Source of the DNA: Thermoanaerobaculia bacterium
Lineage (GTDB): Bacteria; Acidobacteriota; Thermoanaerobaculia; UBA5066; Gp7-AA6
Reading direction: 5' to 3'
NCBI GenBank assembly: GCA_038203955.1
Contig: JBBRDK010000003.1
Coordinates: 3,739 to 67,738, forward strand
DNA length: 64,000 bases
The notes under the pieces are model-generated. The model worked only from the letters and a program-made list of their open reading frames with translations, was not told where the DNA came from and did not search any database. How positions within the stretch are numbered: position 1 is the first letter of the stretch; every line of letters begins with the position of its first letter. A program made the position numbers and the translations under genes. This document shows positions 20,035 to 27,137 of the stretch, piece after piece.

Positions 20035-21051
20035 GTGGCTCGCTCGGGCGCGTTCAAAGACCGGCCGCTGTGGCGCCGGCTGCAGACGATTCATCACGAG
20101 ATCAAGGAAGGGAAATTCCCGAATGCCTCCACTCTCGCGGAGGCGCTCGCCGTCTCGTCGAAAACCGTCCAGCGCGACCTGGATTACCTGCGCGATGAGC
20201 TCGATGCTCCGATCCAGTTCGACCGCCTGGAGAACGGGTATTCGTACTCCCGCTCCGACTACGTCCTGCCCTTTCTCCCCGTCGACGGAAAAGACCTCTT
20301 CTCGATCGGAGTCGCAGCCCAGTTCCTGGAGCTCTTCGGCGGAACTCCCCTCGGCCGCGACTTGAAGGACTGTTACGAACGGCTCGCGCTGCTCATGCCT
20401 CCGGCCGTGCGGCTGCGCCCCGAGATCGTCATGGCAAAGCTGGCCCTTCGGGCGACGGCCTTCCGCCCCGTCCGGGAAAAAACGTGGGAGGCGGTTTCCG
20501 AGGCCCTCCAGCGGGGCCTGTCCCTTTCGATCCGTTACCACCGCCCGGGCGAGGCTGCCGGCGATCCCCGCGTCATCCGTCCCTACGCCTTCGTGCTCGC
20601 CGGGCGCGACTGGATGGTGCTCGCGGAAGACCAGGCCGCCGGACAGGTGAAGCTCTTCTACCTCGCGCGCATCGAAGGGGCCTCGCTGACGGGAGACCGG
20701 TACACGATTCCGAGAGACTTCGACGCCGAGCGTTTTTTTCGCCACACGTTCGGGCTGTTCGTGGGAGACGCGAAACCCTTCCGGATGCGCGTCCGTTTTT
20801 CGCCCGCCGTCTCCGACGAGGTGCGGGAGCTCGTCTTCCACCCCGAGCAGAAGATCGAGACGACGTCCGCCGGCGAAGCCGTCCTCGAAATGCCCGCGCA
20901 GTCGATCAAAGAGGCGCGGCGGTTCGTTCTCGCGTACGGAAAAGACGCCGTCGTCCTCGAGCCTCCCGAGTTGATCGCCGACCTGCGGCAGGAAGCGGAG
21001 GCGCTGGCGCGGTCCTACCTGCAAAAGCCCGCCGCAAAGAAGCGGAGCTGA
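20035..21051 (+). CDS. WYL-domain transcriptional regulator (HTH-WYL-WCX, YafY/PafB-like)
   Basis: LAEALAVSSKTVQRDLDYLR HTH; IRYHRP..R.IRPY...WMVLA...LFYLARI WYL; AYG..VVLEP.EL WCX. Confidence 0.92.
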   Translation: MARSGAFKDRPLWRRLQTIHHEIKEGKFPNASTLAEALAVSSKTVQRDLDYLRDELDAPIQFDRLENGYSYSRSDYVLPFLPVDGKDLFSIGVAAQFLELFGGTPLGRDLKDCYERLALLMPPAVRLRPEIVMAKLALRATAFRPVREKTWEAVSEALQRGLSLSIRYHRPGEAAGDPRVIRPYAFVLAGRDWMVLAEDQAAGQVKLFYLARIEGASLTGDRYTIPRDFDAERFFRHTFGLFVGDAKPFRMRVRFSPAVSDEVRELVFHPEQKIETTSAGEAVLEMPAQSIKEARRFVLAYGKDAVVLEPPELIADLRQEAEALARSYLQKPAAKKRS

Positions 21052-21089
21052 ACTGAGAACTGAGAACTGAAAACCGACAACTGATAACT
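21052..21089. repeat. heptamer array (ACTGANA)5
   Basis: actgaga actgaga actgaaa accgaca actgata. Confidence 0.9.
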
Positions 21090-21096
21090 TCTCGCC

Positions 21097-21588
21097 ATGC
21101 GAACTCTCGCCCTCGCCGCGTGCCTCGCGTCTCTGGTCACGTTGGGATGCAGCGTCACCGTGGCGCCGGTCGTCGCTCCCGATCCCCAGGTCACCTGCCC
21201 CGGCGGCGTCACCGCGTGGCGTCTCGAGATCGCGGACCAGCGCGCCGATCGCTCCGATTCGCCGAAGGTCGTCGCGGCGATCCGGCAATCTCTCGTCCGG
21301 TCGCTCCCCGGATGCCAGTGGGTCTCGCAGCCGGGAGCGCCGCTCATCGGAATCGAAGTGCACCGCTTTTCGGTCAAGCAGGACGACAACTGGGAGGCGG
21401 CGATCGAGTGGAGCGTCGTCGCGCGTGATGGAGGAGGGCGAACCCTCACCGAATTTCAGGCCGAAGCGCTGATTTCGCGGCCGAACTATCGCGGGGTGGA
21501 CAACGAGAAAGCCGCGCTCCAGGAGGCTCTCGACCAGGCGATGCGGCGGACACTCACGGGTCTTCGCTCCGTCCCATCCGCGAGATAA
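21097..21588 (+). CDS. uncharacterised lipoprotein (YajG-like)
   Basis: Lipobox TLGC; LEIADQRAD ... ALQEALDQAM pattern. Confidence 0.7.
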   Translation: MRTLALAACLASLVTLGCSVTVAPVVAPDPQVTCPGGVTAWRLEIADQRADRSDSPKVVAAIRQSLVRSLPGCQWVSQPGAPLIGIEVHRFSVKQDDNWEAAIEWSVVARDGGGRTLTEFQAEALISRPNYRGVDNEKAALQEALDQAMRRTLTGLRSVPSAR

Positions 21589-21735
21589 CTCGACCTCCGG
21601 AGAGGACATCGGATCGCGGCCTTGCGGGGGCGCCATTCGGTCGAATCACTCTCCTGTCAGCGGGTTAGCCGGGAACGGCGCTTCTCTCTTCGTGGAATGC
21701 TTCTCGCACCCGGCACCGATGGAGGGGTATTCAGC

Positions 21736-22290
21736 ATGAAAAGGCTCATTCAGACACTTCTGTTCTGCGCCGCGATCCTCACGGCTTCCGGGGCGGCCGC
21801 CGCTTCCGCCGGCAACCAGGTTTTCGAGCTGGCCTCGATCCTCTCAGGGACCTTTACGGGCTCGACGCCCGGCAACGACCTTCGAGTCGACCTCCGTTCG
21901 GTAGGCGCCGACTCCGCCCACCCCTACGATCTCTTTCTCGAGGTCACCGGGAAGTACCAGGGCGAGAACGTCCGCCGTCAGGGGCTCGTCCGTCTCGAGC
22001 TGCAGGGAAAAGACGTGTACTTCGGTTACATCCCCCACTTCGATGCCATGGTGACCTCCATGTCCGCGATGGCCACCCAGTTCACCGACAGCGAAGCCAA
22101 CGCGGCGTGCGGATTCCATCTCGCGCCGCGGGGCGACGGGTTCGCCGGCGAAACCTCCGGGTCGAGCTGCGCCTTCGCGATGCGCGGCGCGGGCGGGAAG
22201 TGGACCGTCGAGCTCGAGCCGGGCTCGATCCGGCTGCGCGATCTGAAATCGGGTGAGACGCTTCGATTCAAGAGGGTCTCGAAGGGCTGA
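21736..22290 (+). CDS. secreted hypothetical protein, possible CpcT/CpeT-like beta barrel
   Basis: GGAGG RBS, signal peptide; LSGTF, RRQG, ACGF...FAGETSGSSC, LRFKRV. Confidence 0.65.
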   Translation: MKRLIQTLLFCAAILTASGAAAASAGNQVFELASILSGTFTGSTPGNDLRVDLRSVGADSAHPYDLFLEVTGKYQGENVRRQGLVRLELQGKDVYFGYIPHFDAMVTSMSAMATQFTDSEANAACGFHLAPRGDGFAGETSGSSCAFAMRGAGGKWTVELEPGSIRLRDLKSGETLRFKRVSKG

Positions 22291-22293
22291 GAG

Positions 22294-22328
22294 CAGTTCA
22301 GTTATCAGTTATCAGTCGTCAGTTCAGT
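22294..22328. repeat. heptamer array (CAGTTAT), reverse orientation to 21052-21089
   Basis: cagtt cagttat cagttat cagtcgt cagtt cagt. Confidence 0.85.
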
Positions 22329-22344
22329 ACACGGTGCCCGGTTC

Positions 22345-23157
22345 TCAATTGCCGGGTGGCGATGCCCCTGAGGGACCCGACTCGTCCGGCGCCGGGGACA
22401 GGAACCTGCGGACGATTTCCTTGACCGGGATCGAGAACTCGCCTTTCATGATCCACGTGAGGAACCCGGGCTCATCTCGGTTCATGTCCTTCAGCGTGCG
22501 CCCGCGATTCCGTCCGAAGTTGACGGTCGGCTCTCCGTTGATGAGCCGGATCCGGCCTTCCGGGTCCATGTCCTTGTCCAGTCCCGCGCAGTAGAGCTCG
22601 TGCAGCTCGAGCACGGAGCGGGGCAGTTGCTCGTACCGCGCGAGCTGCCCTTCGAGCACCCTCAGGGTCATCTCCGCATCCGCGAGCGCCCCGTGAGCGC
22701 CCGCGTGATCCGACTGACAGTAGAAACGGGCGGCCGCGGACAGGTGGCGCGGCTCGTGCGCGAAGAAGATCCGCTGCGCATCCACGAGCCGTCGATTCGA
22801 TATGTCGAACTCGAGTCCCGCCCGCAGGAACTCGATCCTCAGGACCGGCAGATCGAAACCGGCGATGTTGTAGCCGGCGAGATCGCAGCCATCGAGGAAG
22901 GCCGCGAGCTCCTGCGCGAGCTCCGCGAAGCCGGCGAGCCCCGCGACGTCGGCGTCCGAAATTCCGTGAATCGCCGTCGATCCCGGGGGAATGGGCATCC
23001 GAGGGTTCATCCGCCGCACCCAGCTCTCGCGGCGGCCATCGGGATGGACCTTCACGCACGCGATTTCCACGATGCGGTCTGCCCGGGGGTTGGTGCCGGT
23101 CGTTTCCGTATCGAACACGACCATGGGCCGATCGAGAGCCAGGAGCTTGTCGAGCAT
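22345..23157 (-). CDS. DEDDh 3'-5' exonuclease (DnaQ/Pol III epsilon-like)
   Basis: FDTETTG (ExoI), GYNIAGFD (ExoII), HGALADA (ExoIII); C-terminal NFGRNRG module. Confidence 0.92.
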   Translation of the reverse strand: MLDKLLALDRPMVVFDTETTGTNPRADRIVEIACVKVHPDGRRESWVRRMNPRMPIPPGSTAIHGISDADVAGLAGFAELAQELAAFLDGCDLAGYNIAGFDLPVLRIEFLRAGLEFDISNRRLVDAQRIFFAHEPRHLSAAARFYCQSDHAGAHGALADAEMTLRVLEGQLARYEQLPRSVLELHELYCAGLDKDMDPEGRIRLINGEPTVNFGRNRGRTLKDMNRDEPGFLTWIMKGEFSIPVKEIVRRFLSPAPDESGPSGASPPGN

Positions 23158-23172
23158 GAAAGAAGAGATCGT

Positions 23173-23275
23173 AACCGATGCGCGGTGCGGCCGCGCTCTC
23201 AACCCATGCGCGGTCCGGCCGCATGCAAACGATGCGCTGTCAAGCCGCACGTAAACAATGCGCGGTCCGGCCGCG
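23173..23275. repeat. four ~26-bp direct repeats AACNATGCGCGGTCCGGCCGC
   Basis: Units with ATG at 23178, 23206, 23232 and 23258 (spacing 28/26/26). Confidence 0.85.
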
Positions 23276-23278
23276 TAA

Positions 23279-23294
23279 TGGCCCGCGTTTTGCT
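23279..23294 (+). promoter_or_regulatory. candidate sigma54 promoter
   Basis: TGGCCCGCGTTTTGCT, close to consensus TGGCACG-N4-TTGCW, 22 nt before ATG 23316. Confidence 0.65.
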
Positions 23295-23315
23295 CCCTAT
23301 ATCCGGCGGAGAGCG

Positions 23316-23600
23316 ATGATGGTCCCTCGTGTGGCAGCGGTTCGAGTCGAGACCCGGTGGGAGACGCGGCGCCCGGTCATGCACTGCGTCGCGCGCCTCA
23401 CGCGGGCGCTGAGCCGGCGGGAGCGGGAGGAAATGAACCGATTCCCGGAGTTTCGGGTCGGCGACGATGGCGTCACTTACTCATGCCGCCCCGAGGAGAC
23501 GGAGGCCGCGGAGAAGCGACTCTCGAGCGCGTTGCGCGTCGTCGCCGACGTCTCCGACAAGCCGCGGAGGCCGCACCTGATCCCCGTCCCCCCTCGCTGA
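23316..23600 (+). CDS. small hypothetical protein (94 aa)
   Basis: GGAGAG RBS, sigma54 motif upstream, fills the gap between flanking genes. Confidence 0.6.
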   Translation: MMVPRVAAVRVETRWETRRPVMHCVARLTRALSRREREEMNRFPEFRVGDDGVTYSCRPEETEAAEKRLSSALRVVADVSDKPRRPHLIPVPPR

Positions 23601-23630
23601 TCGGAACGGGAGTCCGGTTCTCAGGTCAGC

Positions 23631-23687
23631 ACCGAAAACTGAAGAGACACCTGAAAACTGAAGACTGACAACTGAAAACTGATAGCT
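23631..23687. repeat. heptamer array (ACTGANA)
   Basis: accgaaa actgaag .. cctgaaa actgaag actgaca actgaaa actgata. Confidence 0.9.
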
Positions 23688-23689
23688 CT

Positions 23690-24955
23690 TCAGTAATTCT
23701 CGGAGAACAGCCAGAAGAAGAGCTCGCCGAATCGCGCGAGCAACCCCCGCCTGTGCCATTTTTCCTTGGTGAACTGCTCGCTTCGAGACAGATCGACCTC
23801 GATCATCTTCTCGACGGAGTCCGCAAAGCGCCGGTCGTAGACGGAGACGCTCGCCTCGCCGTTTCTCTTCATCGAGCGGTTGACGAAGTTGATCGAGCCG
23901 ATGGACGTCCAGATTCCGTCGACGACCATCACCTTGTTGTGCATCATCGTCGGAAGGTACTCGAAGATCTGCACCCCTCCGTCGAGCAGCTCGTTGTAAT
24001 GAAAACGCGACGCATTGCGGACGTTGGGACTGTCGATGTGCTTGCCGGGCACCAGGACGCGAACGTCGACGCCGCGCGCGACGGCCTGGACGAGCCCCTG
24101 CCGGATCTGACGGTCGGGGACGAAGTACGCGTTCTCGATCCAGATGCGGCGGCGCGCCGCCTGGATGGCCATGTAGTACTGGAGCTTGGCCATCGAGCTC
24201 TGGTCGGTGCGCGAGCTCGAGATCGCCTGCGCGAGCATGTCGCCGGCGGGGCGCGACTCCGGAAACTGCGCGCTGCCATGCAGGACCTCGCCCGTCGTGT
24301 GGACCCAGTCCTCGAAGAAGATGTGCTGAAGCTGGGCGACGACCGGCCCCTCCACGCGAATCATGGTTTCCCGCCATTCCCCCGGATTGCGCGCGTCTCC
24401 CTTCCACCGGTCGTCGATCCCGACGCCGCCACAGAACCCGATGCGGCCGTCGACCGTGAAGATCCGCCGATGCGTCCGATTGCCCACCTTGTAGAGCGAA
24501 TAGACGCGGAGGGGTTTGTAAACCTCGACGCGCGCTCCGGCCGCAGTCATCTCGTCCGCGAGCGCGCCTAAAGACGAGCCCCAGCCGTCCACGAGCACGC
24601 GGACGGCCACCCCGTGCCGGGCGCGATCGGCGAGGACGCGCGCCACGCGAGTCCCGAGCTCTCCGTCGTCGAAGATGTACGCCTCGAGGTTGATCGAGGC
24701 CCGCGCCTGCTCGAACGCCTCGATCATCGAGCCGAAGATCGCGTCCCCGTTCTGGAGGAGCGCGGCCCGGTTCTCGGCAACCAGATCCGTCCCGAACGCA
24801 TCGAGGGACCGCCGGAATTCAGCGCTGTCGACGCCGTAGGACGGCTCGTAGTCGTAAACCGTTCGCTTCTCGGAAAAAATGTAGGAACAGCCGGTCAAGG
24901 GAAGCAGCAGCGCCACGGCCGTTGAGAACGCGAGGACACGCCTCCCTCGATTCAC
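23690..24955 (-). CDS. phospholipase D / cardiolipin synthase-like protein (putative lipoprotein)
   Basis: THRRIFTVDG and MHNKVMVVDG HKD-type motifs, GSINF; lipobox LTGC. Confidence 0.9.
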   Translation of the reverse strand: MNRGRRVLAFSTAVALLLPLTGCSYIFSEKRTVYDYEPSYGVDSAEFRRSLDAFGTDLVAENRAALLQNGDAIFGSMIEAFEQARASINLEAYIFDDGELGTRVARVLADRARHGVAVRVLVDGWGSSLGALADEMTAAGARVEVYKPLRVYSLYKVGNRTHRRIFTVDGRIGFCGGVGIDDRWKGDARNPGEWRETMIRVEGPVVAQLQHIFFEDWVHTTGEVLHGSAQFPESRPAGDMLAQAISSSRTDQSSMAKLQYYMAIQAARRRIWIENAYFVPDRQIRQGLVQAVARGVDVRVLVPGKHIDSPNVRNASRFHYNELLDGGVQIFEYLPTMMHNKVMVVDGIWTSIGSINFVNRSMKRNGEASVSVYDRRFADSVEKMIEVDLSRSEQFTKEKWHRRGLLARFGELFFWLFSENY

Positions 24956-25015
24956 TCGAGCGCCTCCACTCGAGGGAGCTCCCGGCGACCGCCGCCCGAC
25001 CGCGGTGAAGGCCCG

Positions 25016-25057
25016 CCCCTCACCCCGGCCCTCTCCCCGGCGCCCGGGGAGAGGGAG
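25016..25057. repeat. REP-like palindrome CCCTCACCCC-GG-CCCTCTCCCCGG-cgc-CCGGGGAGAGGG
   Basis: Perfect 12-bp stem preceded by CCCTCACCCC, a widespread extragenic palindrome type. Confidence 0.75.
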
Positions 25058-25201
25058 GGTCACTGTGGCTCCTCACCCGCACTGGCGGATACGCTCGCCC
25101 CGAGAGAAGTCTCCCGACCGAAGGGAGGGAGGAGGCTCTCGGAGCGGGAGCGTGAGCGAGCGCAGCGAGCGGAAGCGACGGCCTGGATATACCCTGTCTG
25201 C

Positions 25202-26518
25202 ATGCGTTTCAAACGAGCCCGGCGGCCGCGCAAGCCAAAAGTCTATCGAATCCCCGTCGAGACCTACGTCATCGCGCTCGGGATCGCCTTTGCGTTCTCC
25301 ATCGCGATGTCGATGCTATCGAAGCCCAGGGAGGTGCATTACCTGCTCCCGCACCGCTTCACGGTCGAGGACGCGGCCTTCCTCCCCTCCGCCCACGCGC
25401 TCGCGGATCCCGCGATCCTGCCGGGAAATCGGGTTCGCGTGCTGGTCAACGGAGCGGAAATCTTCCCGGCGATGATCGCCGCCATCAAAGGCGCCGAACG
25501 CACGGTGAACCTCGAGTCGTACATCTTCTGGTCGGGCTCGGTCGCCTCCCAATTCCGGGATGCGCTCGCCGAACGCGCCCGCCACGGGGTGCGCGTCCGG
25601 CTGATGCTCGATTCGGTGGGGTCCAAGTCGAAGCTGAAGGACGAGGACGTCTCCGCTCTGCGGCAGGCGGGCTGCGTCGTCGAGCTCTACCATCCTCTTC
25701 GCCCGTGGAACCTGAACCAGGTCGACAACCGAACGCACCGCAGGATTCTGGTGGTGGACGGCCGGGTCGGCTTTACCGGGGGCGCAGGGATCGGCGACGA
25801 GTGGATCGGCAATGCGGACGCGAAGGAGCACTGGCGGGACACTCACGTGCAGGTGGAAGGACCCGTCGTCGCGGAGCTCCAGGCCGCGTTCCTGGAAAAC
25901 TGGTCGGAGGTCCGCGGCGAAGCGCTCCTCGGAGAGGATTTCTATCCGCGTCTCGAGTCCGTCGGGGAGAGCCGGTCTCAGGTCATCCACTCGACGTCGA
26001 GGTCGCCGAGCTCCGCGACCAAGCTCCTCTACGCCGTTTCCATTGCTTCGTCGAAAAAGCGGCTCTTCATTTCGAACTCCTACTTTCTTCCCGACAAGCA
26101 GACGAGCACGGCGCTCGTCGAGGCCTCCCGGCGGGGGGTCGACGTGAAGGTGATCGTGCCGGGCGAGGTCAACGACGTGCCGGCCACCAAGGCAGGCGGA
26201 CGCTCCGCGTTCGGGGAGCTGCTGAGAGGCGGCGTGAAGATATTCGAATATCAGCCGACGATGTTTCATCCCAAGACCATGGTCGTCGACGGACTCTTCT
26301 CGACCATCGGGTCCACGAACTTCGACAACCGGTCGTTTCGCCGCAACGACGAGATCAACCTGACAGTCGCGGATCCCCGCGTGGGCCGGCGGATGGAGGA
26401 GCTGTTTCAAACCGATCTCGCGCGTTCCCGGCCCTACACGTTCCAGGACTACCAGCGACGGTCGATGAAGGACCGGATCTTGGAGTGGGCGATCCTCCCG
26501 TTCCGTTCGGAGCTGTGA
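25202..26518 (+). CDS. phospholipase D / cardiolipin synthase-like protein
   Basis: THRRILVVDG, WRDTH, FHPKTMVVDG, GSTNFD.RS; N-terminal TM. Confidence 0.9.
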   Translation: MRFKRARRPRKPKVYRIPVETYVIALGIAFAFSIAMSMLSKPREVHYLLPHRFTVEDAAFLPSAHALADPAILPGNRVRVLVNGAEIFPAMIAAIKGAERTVNLESYIFWSGSVASQFRDALAERARHGVRVRLMLDSVGSKSKLKDEDVSALRQAGCVVELYHPLRPWNLNQVDNRTHRRILVVDGRVGFTGGAGIGDEWIGNADAKEHWRDTHVQVEGPVVAELQAAFLENWSEVRGEALLGEDFYPRLESVGESRSQVIHSTSRSPSSATKLLYAVSIASSKKRLFISNSYFLPDKQTSTALVEASRRGVDVKVIVPGEVNDVPATKAGGRSAFGELLRGGVKIFEYQPTMFHPKTMVVDGLFSTIGSTNFDNRSFRRNDEINLTVADPRVGRRMEELFQTDLARSRPYTFQDYQRRSMKDRILEWAILPFRSEL

Positions 26519-26644
26519 CGGGTCTGACACTTCGTACAAACCACGTTACAAAAGCGGGTTGACCAGTGACAACAATAGTCACCGGCAGGGTGTCATGATC
26601 GTTTTTGCACTATTGGAATCAGTCACTTAGCTTGGGGTGAACGC

Positions 26645-26660
26645 TGGCCGCCCGCTTGCA
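26645..26660 (+). promoter_or_regulatory. candidate sigma54 promoter of sRNA
   Basis: TGGCCGCCCGCTTGCA with exact spacing; GTGAC-N7-GTCAC palindrome at 26566-26582 upstream. Confidence 0.6.
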
Positions 26661-26670
26661 ATACTGTTCG

Positions 26671-26742
26671 GCGAGGAAACAAAATCCTCACCTCCTCCTT
26701 TCGCCCCCCCGGCGGCCCCACCCCGTCCGGGGGACTTTTTTT
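26671..26742 (+). ncRNA. candidate ~70-nt small RNA with anti-SD tract
   Basis: Predicted TSS after the -12 box; GAGGA/TCCTC hairpin, ACCTCCTCCTTT, then GC stem plus T7. Confidence 0.5.
26706..26742 (+). terminator. Rho-independent terminator
   Basis: CCCCCGGCGG / CCGTCCGGGGG stem followed by ACTTTTTTT. Confidence 0.75.
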
Positions 26743-26782
26743 GCCCGAAAGGCGCGGCTCGCTTCTTGCTGCCCTGGGCGAC

Positions 26783-26983
26783 ATGAAACGGAAAGAAGTC
26801 GAGCAACGCCAGGCGGATACCTCCAACCCTCCTTCCGTCGCGCAGGACAGCCGGCCGCCCGAACAGCTCGAGTCCACGACCCGCCACATCTTCCTCGTGA
26901 AGGATGGTCATTACCGGTGCACGCGATGCGGCGCCGCCATGAGTGATCGTTCCCTCGATGAGGAGTGCCCGGGGGACGGTTGA
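26783..26983 (+). CDS. small putative zinc-binding protein (66 aa)
   Basis: RHIF...YRCTRCG...EECP (H/CxxC/C); sigma54-like CGGCTCGCTTCTTGCT at 26755-26770. Confidence 0.55.
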   Translation: MKRKEVEQRQADTSNPPSVAQDSRPPEQLESTTRHIFLVKDGHYRCTRCGAAMSDRSLDEECPGDG

Positions 26984-27005
26984 GCGTTGAGCGTTCAGCG
27001 TTGAG
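26978..27005. repeat. heptamer array (CGTTGAG)4
   Basis: ggttgag cgttgag cgttcag cgttgag. Confidence 0.85.
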
Positions 27006-27049
27006 TCTCTGATTCGGGCCTTCCGCCTGATCTCCTTCGATTCCCGATT

Positions 27050-27111
27050 CCGATCTAGTTGACCGCGGAGTACCGCGGCCGTCTCGCTCCCCGTTGGTCG
27101 CTCGGCTCCCG
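27050..27111 (-). repeat. 62-bp REP-like hairpin element, copy 2 (inverted)
   Basis: Reverse complement matches copy 1. Confidence 0.9.
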
Positions 27112-27137
27112 TTTCCCGGCCTGATACCGTCGCCCGG

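Noticed and set aside
20035-23157. WYL plus exonuclease as an anti-phage defence island
   Set aside because: No recognisable effector (restriction-modification, BREX, CBASS, toxin) and no obvious compositional shift.
23173-23275. Possible mini-CRISPR array
   Set aside because: Inter-repeat segments are only ~4-6 nt, and no cas genes are present (the DEDDh exonuclease is a stand-alone DnaQ type).
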